Assembly (NCBI GenBank): GCA_047602735.1
Contig: JBLKOK010000004.1
Coordinates: 81,033 to 145,032 of the forward strand
DNA length: 64,000 nucleotides
Reading direction: 5' to 3'
Source: Candidatus Woesearchaeota archaeon
GTDB taxonomy: Archaea; Nanobdellota; Nanobdellia; Woesearchaeales; 21-14-0-10-32-9
Below the pieces are notes generated by a model. The model was given only the letters and a program-made list of their open reading frames with translations, was not told the origin of the DNA and did no database searches. Every line of letters begins with the position of its first letter. Position 1 is the first letter of the stretch. The position numbers and the translations under genes are program-made. Of this stretch, positions 50,678 to 58,804 are shown one piece after another.

Positions 50678-51632
50678 TTATTCCTTGAAGTAACTTGGTC
50701 TATTATTCTCATAAACAAGCTCTAAGTGTTTTGCAAACTTTTTTTTAACTAATTTAAATTTGCCTGTTTTTGTTTTGACTGCTACGTTATGCCAAGGAGT
50801 TCCCCAATTATCATTTGTACCTATAAGATTAATTCCGAATTTATTATTTGCTGTACTATGTGGATGTATTGATAATCTTATATGGTTTGGGTACTTATCT
50901 TTTATGAGTGAGTCGTAAGCTCGACTTCTTTGAACCATTTTTAAAGCTATGTTTTTACATCTTGCTATAAACTTCTTATTAGATTCGTATTTAGTCAAAT
51001 CGTCTATCATAAATCTGGTAAGTCCTAAGTATAAATTCTTAGTATCAACAGATTCTTTTATCTCTGATTTGACTTCGCTTAAAGACATTCCGTATTTATC
51101 AATTAAGTTGTATCTTAACTTATCGAAGTTTTTCTCTTGCATAAGATCTTCTAAGTTAACAAAAGAAACGTATTTGTTTAAATTCATACGTTTAAGTTCT
51201 TCGTGGTAGTTTGTTATATCTTCATCACTTACATTAATAAGATCTGAAAATACTCTTCCGTCGGATACAATTAAAACGTTAGCTCCTTCATCATATATAT
51301 TTTTTATTTCTTCACATATATTATTCAAATTTTCAAGAGCTAACTCTTCTCCTTTATCTGGAAGTCTACCTAGTACTTTTGTCTTCGTATTTGAAGATTT
51401 GCAGGGAAAACCTGGCAAAACAAAATTTATTGGTTCATTTAATAATATTTTGTTGATTATTTGTTCTTGTAGCAAAAATTTGCCTTTGCTCTCGAATAAA
51501 TCTGGTTTTCCTTTTCTTCTATGCTTATCTATTATATTTGTTATTTTATTTGTTTTTTCAGCTAAAAAGATATTTATCTTGTGCTGAACCTCTATCTAGT
51601 TTAATACTATCTTCTATTATGTTTTCTATCAT
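50678..51632 (-). CDS. Isocyanide (isonitrile) synthase, PvcA/Dit1/IsnA family; 5' part out of frame by one base
   Basis: LPGFPCKSSN..KVLG.LPD.GEELAL, SDGRVFSD, IRLSIHPH, KFGI.L, WGTPWH. The RBS-led ATG at 51632 hits TGA after 24 codons, while the main frame is open from about 51595. Confidence 0.88.
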
Positions 51633-51666
51633 TTTAATTTACCTCGCTTCTTCGTTGTTTTTATTG

Positions 51667-51761
51667 ACTTTATAATTAAGAAGTGATGGTTCACAAAAAC
51701 ATGAAAAATTAGCTTATATCTAAAAATTCGTGTTTATTTGCTTTAAATCACTTTTTAAAGT
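51667..51761 (-). promoter_or_regulatory. Long multi-stem hairpin downstream of leader peptide 2
   Basis: AAGTGAT/ATCACTT, AAACAcGAA/TTCaTGTTT, TTAG/CTAA with a 7-nt loop; outer ACTTTA/TAAAGT. Confidence 0.6.
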
Positions 51762-51833
51762 TTAAGCAAAGTAGAAATATTCATAGCTAAAGCTAAATAA
51801 AGAGTTTTTTTGTTTTCTATTTTTAGCTATCAT
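51762..51833 (-). CDS. 23-aa leader/precursor peptide 2: MIAKNRKQKNSLFSFSYEYFYFA
   Basis: TTTAAATA 29 nt upstream of the ATG; conserved ends with synonymous (TAT/TAC) and conservative (D/E) changes versus copy 1. Confidence 0.65.
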   Translation of the reverse strand: MIAKNRKQKNSLFSFSYEYFYFA

Positions 51834-51874
51834 AAATCTTAAGAAATAACTTTTTATTTAAATAAATTACTATT

Positions 51875-51894
51875 TTACTACTATTAAGTAACTA
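51875..51894. promoter_or_regulatory. Palindromic operator-like site (TTACTACT-atta-AGTAACTA)
   Basis: About 12 nt from each of the two divergent TATA boxes. Confidence 0.55.
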
Positions 51895-51935
51895 AAAAAC
51901 ACAATATTTATAAATGTGTGGTGTTTAATAAAAAT

Positions 51936-53813
51936 ATGTCGCTAGAGAACACAGTAGGTGAATTATTTGATATAGAGAACGATGTTGTAGCTAGAAGTAT
52001 GGCTAAAAACACGTCTTTGATAGTCTTAACAAATGAAATTGTCAACAGCGATCAACACAATGAATTTGCAAAAGCTTGGCAAAACATAGAATCTTTTTCA
52101 GAAAATAGTGTGGTTACTCATTTCTCTTATGATTTAATGCTAAAAGACTTATTAGGTATGGATAAATATGGGTTTATTGAACACACAAAAAATCTTGACA
52201 GCTTTGATAAAATAAAAAGCTATTTTGATATATTGGCTGATGATAAAAAACCAAATATACTTGGACAAAAAGAAAACTACTTGATAACTGTAAAGGGGGT
52301 TGACTTTTTAAATAAAGAAAACTTTGAACAAGAAGTGGCTAGATATCAAAGGGAAAAAATGCTTGCAGATCTCTTTTCAGAATACATAAATACTAAAACG
52401 GACAGTACAGCTCAAGTAATAGAGAGAAAAAATAGGGTTGTAGGAAATACTATAGAGTTTCCAGAATCAGATAATGAATTCACAATTGATTATTTACATG
52501 ATAAATTAAATAAATTAAGACATGATGTGGGGGATAAATTAAACGAGGAATTTATGACGGGTTTATCTAAAAAATATCAAGAATTTAATTTGCAAAGTAC
52601 TGTTCCAAACGGTTTTACATTTATAACTGATAAAAGAAATATAGATGGAAAGTTTAATATAATAGATTACACGGAAATTCCAAGCACTGAAGAATTAAAC
52701 AAAAACGGGGCTTTATTCATAGATAATATGTATAGTTTTGTGTGGGTAAAACCAAACACTAAGTTGGGACATGGAATAAATATACTTGATAAAGTAAAAG
52801 ATAAATTTAACGGACCTATATTTTATCAAACAGCACATAACTTAGAAGATTTAACTGAAGATGAAATAAATGAAATAGAATCTAGGGGGGCTTTAATACT
52901 TCCAAAAAATGTAGCTCCTAAGCTAAATAAAAGTAAAATTGCTGCCTTAAAAGAAGTGGCATTATCTAGCTTCTTATCAAAAGATGAAATAGTTGGTCAG
53001 TATTATACCAAAGCAGAATTACCGAGAGGACAAAATCAACCGGTTAGAACAATTATTGAAGATAAAGAATACTTCATAACATTTACAAAGGCAGTAAATC
53101 AACTACACAAAACAAATAATGTTATTAGAGATGTTATTACTAAAAATCAAGATTTAGATGAAGAATTAGTCCATAAGATGTATGTTTTAAGTGATTTTCA
53201 TTCAAAAACAAGACGGGCATTATGGTTTAGAGAAATAGATTCTAATCTATTTTATGAAAAAAGCACAGAGGACTACATAGAATATGAAAATTTAGAAAAA
53301 AATATCAGGGGATACTTATCTGAAAACTTTAAAGAATTATATGATTCTATTGTTGATAAGCATAGCGGTTTTGATTTAACGGTTTTATCTCATAATGATA
53401 CTAAATGGGATAATTGGTTTGAAGATAAAATATTGGGTGATTTTGGTCATGCAGCAGCTGGAACAGAATATAAAGATATATCAAGAGCTCTGATAACTAA
53501 AAATTCATTAGAAAATAAAGCTTTAGATTTAGATCAAGTAGACAAAGCAATAGAATCTTACATAGAACTTAGAAAATCAACGGATTACGGATTCTTTGAA
53601 AATATTCATGGAGATTTCAAAAAAAGAGTTTATGAGTCTTTATTTATTGAAAGTTTAAGACTTGCTAGTTATGAATCTGATAAATCAAAAGAGTTAACGG
53701 ATGGATTACTAGGTATTGCTAATCAGATGTATGATGTCTTATATGATTCAATGGTCGAAGAGGTTGAGCCTGTTTACGCAAGCGAGGTAGAGATGTCTGG
53801 AAGCTTCTCCTAG
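51936..53813 (+). CDS. Multidomain protein: unknown N-domain, REC-like domain and APH/choline-kinase-like domain
   Basis: ALFIDN...GHGINIL...PIFYQTA...RGALILPK (receiver-like); SHNDTKWDNW and LGDFG (kinase catalytic motifs). Confidence 0.65.
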   Translation: MSLENTVGELFDIENDVVARSMAKNTSLIVLTNEIVNSDQHNEFAKAWQNIESFSENSVVTHFSYDLMLKDLLGMDKYGFIEHTKNLDSFDKIKSYFDILADDKKPNILGQKENYLITVKGVDFLNKENFEQEVARYQREKMLADLFSEYINTKTDSTAQVIERKNRVVGNTIEFPESDNEFTIDYLHDKLNKLRHDVGDKLNEEFMTGLSKKYQEFNLQSTVPNGFTFITDKRNIDGKFNIIDYTEIPSTEELNKNGALFIDNMYSFVWVKPNTKLGHGINILDKVKDKFNGPIFYQTAHNLEDLTEDEINEIESRGALILPKNVAPKLNKSKIAALKEVALSSFLSKDEIVGQYYTKAELPRGQNQPVRTIIEDKEYFITFTKAVNQLHKTNNVIRDVITKNQDLDEELVHKMYVLSDFHSKTRRALWFREIDSNLFYEKSTEDYIEYENLEKNIRGYLSENFKELYDSIVDKHSGFDLTVLSHNDTKWDNWFEDKILGDFGHAAAGTEYKDISRALITKNSLENKALDLDQVDKAIESYIELRKSTDYGFFENIHGDFKKRVYESLFIESLRLASYESDKSKELTDGLLGIANQMYDVLYDSMVEEVEPVYASEVEMSGSFS

Positions 53814-54596
53814 ATAATAAAGGTCTAATGCTTCTTTTGGCTTACAATTACTCAATTTATTAGGTAATATTTTATGAATTAGCTTGGCGCTTTCATCGTG
53901 ACTTTTTCTTAATTTTTCTAGTTCATTAGAAAAGTAGGCTTTATGAAACTCTTCAAATACTATTAATAGTTCGTCTTTAAATTCATGTTTTTTATTAGTT
54001 CTACAAAGTGCGTGTTGTAAAAGTATAAGTCTTGATATTATACTATATTTATAAAAATTTTTTTCCGGATTTTCTTGGTTTTGTGTGTTAATTATTACTC
54101 GCATACAATAATTTCCATAATTATTTAACTTATCTTTCAAATAATCTTTATTTGATTCTTCATCAAATGTTTGTTTTATTATAAAAAACATTTTTCTAAT
54201 TATTTGATCTAAATTGTTTTGTTGAGGTTCTGCTATACTTGAAATAATTATTTTGTCTTTTTTTACTTCTGTAACTTCAAATCCTAGTAATCTATTGCTA
54301 ACTATTTGTTCTATAAATTCTAATTTATTTGTTTCTCCTTCTAAAATTATTTTTGTACATCCTGATCTATATCTATTATTTAATATAACTCTTAAGCTTC
54401 TATCATCAAATCCAGATATATTTATCTTTGATATTTTTTCTTTTATGTCTAGAGGGTTTGTTTTTAATACTAATTCATTATTTTTTTGTTCTAAGAATAT
54501 TTCTGAACTCTCGTCTATATTGTTTGATCTTATCCATTTTATGGGGAGAGTTATGGTGAAACTATTATTTCCTTGTTTTATTATTTTTCTTTGCAT
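53748..54596 (-). CDS. AbrB-domain phosphate-uptake-regulator (PhoU-like) protein
   Basis: RKIIKQGNNSFTITLPIKWI AbrB domain, LLGFEV, helical C-terminus. Confidence 0.8.
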   Translation of the reverse strand: MQRKIIKQGNNSFTITLPIKWIRSNNIDESSEIFLEQKNNELVLKTNPLDIKEKISKINISGFDDRSLRVILNNRYRSGCTKIILEGETNKLEFIEQIVSNRLLGFEVTEVKKDKIIISSIAEPQQNNLDQIIRKMFFIIKQTFDEESNKDYLKDKLNNYGNYCMRVIINTQNQENPEKNFYKYSIISRLILLQHALCRTNKKHEFKDELLIVFEEFHKAYFSNELEKLRKSHDESAKLIHKILPNKLSNCKPKEALDLYYLGEASRHLYLACVNRLNLFDH

Positions 54597-54740
54597 GTAA
54601 AAAGAGTAATACTTATTTATATATAAAATTAACTATTTTTATGTTAAAAACATATTCTTTATATTTTTTATATTGATTAAATATATATTTTTAGATTTAT
54701 TTACTACTATTAAGTTTTAAAAAAACATTTGGTGGTTGAA

Positions 54741-55070
54741 ATGGATGAAGGAAAACTTGAAAGAATGATAAGAAAAACAGTAGGAAGAGGAAGAATAACT
54801 GTACAACAAGCAAGAGATGATATAGATAAAGCTAAACAATACGGTATGCGATCTATAGCAAACCGTTCTGAGAGCTACTCTGATACTCATAAAGTTAAAA
54901 CAGGTAGATTCAAAGGCGTTTTTTCTGTTGATCTTGACTTAATAAACAGAGCTTCAAACAATACGGGTAGAGGAAACTACAGGTTAGGTATGGATAAGCA
55001 TGGAAATGAGCTTTACATATTTGCTCATAACTCTGATGGATCATACAAACCAATAGTTTCTTTTAACTAA
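54741..55070 (+). CDS. Hypothetical basic protein (possible RNase/toxin fold)
   Basis: GGTGG RBS; GRGNYRL...YIFAH. Confidence 0.6.
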   Translation: MDEGKLERMIRKTVGRGRITVQQARDDIDKAKQYGMRSIANRSESYSDTHKVKTGRFKGVFSVDLDLINRASNNTGRGNYRLGMDKHGNELYIFAHNSDGSYKPIVSFN

Positions 55071-55083
55071 TAGGTGAAATAAA

Positions 55084-55911
55084 ATGGAAAAAAACAATTC
55101 AAAAAAAATAAACTCGGATAACAAAATATTGAATAAAATTGTAGTGGGGGGTGGACCTTGTTGGCCTCCACACATTCTAAATCCGTTAGAAGATGTACTA
55201 AGACAACCAGAAGAAAGCCCTTTTAGACCTCTTGTTGTTGGCTTTGATTTTCCTGAAGAAAATGGACTGCCAGGAGGATCTGGAAGTGGTGGAAATGGAC
55301 CTCCTGGAGGAGATGATTTTCTAGGTTTAGAATATTATGTGAATAGGCCTTCTGTTGATCCTAGACTAATAAATTTAGCTAAAAAAGTTTATAACTCAAA
55401 CAATAAAGAAAGAGCTAAACATTTAGTGAGAGTTATAGCAAATCACTATGAAAGTATGCCTGGAAATGCTATGGCTAATCTTAGCTCTTTTGCAGATGAT
55501 AGCTTTAATGGTTTTGGAGAAGACTCAGATATTGTAAGAGGGCTCGCTAAAGGAGCAATAAGTTATTTGGCAGATAAATTACCATATAAAATAAGTAATC
55601 CTTCAAATAAAGGTTATGGTGATTATTTAACATCACAAAATAAAGACTTTGAATCTAATGAAAAAATTGAGCTTTATACAAACCACGAGGTTGACCTAAA
55701 TATTAATTCAAAATCATTAGGTTTAGAAAAAAATAGTGTTTACAAAAATATAGTTGGTAATGAATATATTACAAAGAAAGAAGAAATATCTTTGAGTAAT
55801 ATGGTCAATTCTGATTATGTATTGAATTATAACAAAGAGTCTAGAGAAGATTTTTTTGCTAATTCAAAAAGAAAGCAGTCAATAAAGAATATGTCATACA
55901 CGAATAGGTGA
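55084..55911 (+). CDS. Hypothetical protein with Gly/Pro-rich segment
   Basis: AGGTGA RBS; LPGGSGSGGNGPPGG. Confidence 0.65.
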   Translation: MEKNNSKKINSDNKILNKIVVGGGPCWPPHILNPLEDVLRQPEESPFRPLVVGFDFPEENGLPGGSGSGGNGPPGGDDFLGLEYYVNRPSVDPRLINLAKKVYNSNNKERAKHLVRVIANHYESMPGNAMANLSSFADDSFNGFGEDSDIVRGLAKGAISYLADKLPYKISNPSNKGYGDYLTSQNKDFESNEKIELYTNHEVDLNINSKSLGLEKNSVYKNIVGNEYITKKEEISLSNMVNSDYVLNYNKESREDFFANSKRKQSIKNMSYTNR

Positions 55912-55912
55912 A

Positions 55913-56488
55913 ATGAAAATGAAACAAGATAATATGTTAAATGAAATCGTGGAGAGTTTAGTAAATGATAGTCTTGACTTTAAAGAGAATAAGATACAAT
56001 TATTCAAAAATTATGGTCAAATGGATCCATTCTATTTACTAGGTGATGATTTTATAGTAGAAGATGATGACGAAAATATAATGAACTTTTTAACTAATAG
56101 AATGAGGGGTTACTCTGCAAATATAATCCAAGAAAAATCAGAAAATAACAGGATTTATTGGAGAGATAACGATGAAGTAACTCAAAACAAAACTCATTAC
56201 TTAGGAAAAACAATAGTGGATACATTAGCAATAGAAATAGATGATGGGATTCAAATTTACAATAGTTTTGGAAGACCAATAAATAGTTCGGACAGACCTA
56301 AATTAATAACGGATAAAACTTTTGAAGAAAGTTTGCATGATCTAAAAAATGTAAGTGAAAGTTTAGTAAAAAAAGTATTGAATTTATACAACGACAAATT
56401 ACAACAAAGAAATAAAACTAGGTATGTTCCTTTAATATTAAAGGATAATGTGGTAGAACAAAATAGGAATTACAACATACTTAAATAG
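55913..56488 (+). CDS. Hypothetical protein
   Basis: AGGTGA RBS; in tandem array. Confidence 0.65.
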   Translation: MKMKQDNMLNEIVESLVNDSLDFKENKIQLFKNYGQMDPFYLLGDDFIVEDDDENIMNFLTNRMRGYSANIIQEKSENNRIYWRDNDEVTQNKTHYLGKTIVDTLAIEIDDGIQIYNSFGRPINSSDRPKLITDKTFEESLHDLKNVSESLVKKVLNLYNDKLQQRNKTRYVPLILKDNVVEQNRNYNILK

Positions 56489-56494
56489 GTGAAA

Positions 56495-57121
56495 ATGAAA
56501 ATGAAACAAGAATTATTAAAAGAATATGAAGGAATTCAAAATAGATTAAAAGAGTTACCAAAAGAATATTTATCTACGATAAATCAAGATGATTATAATT
56601 TAGTAATTGGAAACAGTCTTGTAAATAGATTATATGATGGTCCTTCTTTTGAAAAAATAAACCAAACTATAGGTGGTAACAGATCAGAAAATGCGCTTCA
56701 TAAGCCAATAAAAAATAATATTGATAAAATAATTATTTTGGAATCTTCTGATTTACTTAAATATAGAAATATTAGTGTAGAAGATAAAGTAAGGGAATTT
56801 TATTCAACTCAAGGATTAAATCCTGAAGTTAAACTAATAGATGACACTATATTAAGTGATGCTTTTGGTTATAGGGGGAGTTTTATTCCAGAGCATATTA
56901 AAGAAAAACAAGATTTAGCACACAATAAATTGTTAAAAGAATTTGATAAAGAATATGTTGAATTTGCAGGATTTTCAAATTCTTCTCCTTTTTATAGTGG
57001 TTATGGTGTTGCTACAAAAATTGCGGATTTATTAAAAGATCATGGCAAGGTTTCAAAGATATATATTGCAAGACAGGTTGATTTAATCACTCCTGTAGGT
57101 GAAAGTGTTGAATATAATTAG
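56495..57121 (+). CDS. Hypothetical protein
   Basis: AGGTGA RBS; in tandem array. Confidence 0.65.
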   Translation: MKMKQELLKEYEGIQNRLKELPKEYLSTINQDDYNLVIGNSLVNRLYDGPSFEKINQTIGGNRSENALHKPIKNNIDKIIILESSDLLKYRNISVEDKVREFYSTQGLNPEVKLIDDTILSDAFGYRGSFIPEHIKEKQDLAHNKLLKEFDKEYVEFAGFSNSSPFYSGYGVATKIADLLKDHGKVSKIYIARQVDLITPVGESVEYN

Positions 57122-57133
57122 GTGAAAATTAAA

Positions 57134-57862
57134 ATGAAAATAACGAATCTGGAAAATAAAGAAATAGAATTAAAACAAATAACTGATAAGTTAAAAAACT
57201 TTGATGAATCTGGTTTAAACCAATCTGAAGCGTTAGTGTTAAACAAAGAAACAGACTCGGGAAAAATATATTTGCCCGTAAGAATTTTTGCTGAAGATAA
57301 TGAAAAAACTTATGGATATAAAGACGTAGATATAAGTGTTTATAGTGTAATAGATCCAATATTTTTTAAAACAGGAGAAATATTAGAATTAACGGATGTG
57401 TTAAACATAAATAATACTTCTAGTTCTGATGCTGATTTATATGAATCTAGTTTTTCAATAAGGATTTATGATACTGTAAACAAAATAAAGCAAGAAGATT
57501 TACAAAACCTAGTTATGACTCAGCTAGACTTATTTGAAACACAACACTATATAATAAATCAAGCTTATAATAAAATTACGCGTGGAGGCGATTTAAATAA
57601 TTATAAAGCAGAAAATCTAAGTTCGGATGATTTTTTTAAATTATCTAAAAACTTAAGGAATTATGTTGACACTGGAAGTTCGAGAAAAGATTGGAAAGAT
57701 GTTTGGAAAGGAAAAAGTTTTACTTTGCTAGCTGATTTTGCAAAGCTAAGTGATGCAATATTTTTACATGAAAACAAAATATATTCTGATGCGCCAAGCC
57801 CGGCAAGAGAATTATTTGATACAAAGATAGCAGTACTAAATGGTATGTACAAAAAGGAGTAA
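57134..57862 (+). CDS. Hypothetical protein
   Basis: AGGTGA RBS; in tandem array. Confidence 0.65.
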   Translation: MKITNLENKEIELKQITDKLKNFDESGLNQSEALVLNKETDSGKIYLPVRIFAEDNEKTYGYKDVDISVYSVIDPIFFKTGEILELTDVLNINNTSSSDADLYESSFSIRIYDTVNKIKQEDLQNLVMTQLDLFETQHYIINQAYNKITRGGDLNNYKAENLSSDDFFKLSKNLRNYVDTGSSRKDWKDVWKGKSFTLLADFAKLSDAIFLHENKIYSDAPSPARELFDTKIAVLNGMYKKE

Positions 57863-57869
57863 AATAAAA

Positions 57870-58256
57870 ATGAAAAATAAAATAAAACAAGGACTGGCAG
57901 GACTATTATTAACGGGAGCTTTAGCTACAACTAATTATGATTCTGCTCTAGCTCAAGATAAGAACCAAGATTTTTGGAGAAGCCACTATCAATCAACAGC
58001 GGATTGGATAATGAATATGTGGGAAAATGATAAAAAAATTACAGATAAAAAAATATCTTTTTATCAAAACAAACTTGAAGAAAACAAAGGCGATGAATTA
58101 AAAGAAATAAAGTATGGTTTGGCAGTCGTATTATATGAAAATCATAAACTAAATCTTGATTTGTTAATGTGTAAGCCTTATCTTTGCAGTAGTTTAGAAG
58201 AAGATAACACGCCTTTAGTTAATTATTTCATGGAAAGATTCCAAAGAAAAGATTAA
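57870..58256 (+). CDS. Hypothetical secreted protein
   Basis: MKNKIKQGLAGLLLTGALA Sec-type signal; AAGGAG RBS. Confidence 0.65.
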   Translation: MKNKIKQGLAGLLLTGALATTNYDSALAQDKNQDFWRSHYQSTADWIMNMWENDKKITDKKISFYQNKLEENKGDELKEIKYGLAVVLYENHKLNLDLLMCKPYLCSSLEEDNTPLVNYFMERFQRKD

Positions 58257-58294
58257 TTGAGCAACTTATTAAGAGTTAGAGGTAATATAAAAAA

Positions 58295-58696
58295 ATGGAA
58301 TTTGATGAAGTAAAAAAATTATTAAAAAAAAATGATGTACATATTAAATATGAAAAGACAGATATGACTATAAGAGATAAATCTTTGCAAAATTATATTG
58401 AATCAGAAAATTATGTGTTTGCAAAAGTAAATGATTTCACATCTCATCAAACCTGGAAAACAAGGGTGTGGGATGAATATTCAAGTCTGTATTTGTTAAG
58501 AAAAGATGGTTCTAAAAACATATGTGTTGAGAATGGTTTTTTAAAATCTTATACTTTCTCTATGGATGAAGATATTGATGTAAAAGACATACAAGAAGAT
58601 CAAAACATAGTAACTATAGAGTATCAAAGATATTCTAAGGTTAAAAAAGAAAGTTATGAGTTTGATGGTGTTTCTTTAAACAAATTAGAAGAATGA
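58295..58696 (+). CDS. Hypothetical protein
   Basis: GAGGT RBS; last gene of the array. Confidence 0.65.
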   Translation: MEFDEVKKLLKKNDVHIKYEKTDMTIRDKSLQNYIESENYVFAKVNDFTSHQTWKTRVWDEYSSLYLLRKDGSKNICVENGFLKSYTFSMDEDIDVKDIQEDQNIVTIEYQRYSKVKKESYEFDGVSLNKLEE

Positions 58697-58804
58697 AAGA
58701 GACATTTGCACAACTATATAATTAGTGGTTATAGTTTATTCTCCTGATTTGGATAGGTTTCATTTAAGGAATATTTATAAAGTTGAATAATTATTTTTTT
58801 ATTT

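Noticed and set aside
53748-53813. 66-nt convergent overlap of two genes
   Set aside because: Tail-to-tail overlaps recur throughout this compact genome and need no special explanation.
54641-54676. Third Tyr/Phe-rich uORF MLKTYSLYFLY* upstream of the orphan array
   Set aside because: Only 11 codons, no similarity to the MIAK...YFYFA pair and no comparable hairpin. Y/F/L/K codons arise by chance in such AT-rich DNA, and the nearby TATA is explained by the divergent 54596 gene.
55071-57140. Junction repeats as a CRISPR array or integron attC sites
   Set aside because: The spacers are whole genes, the repeats are not palindromic, and no cas or integrase gene is in the window.
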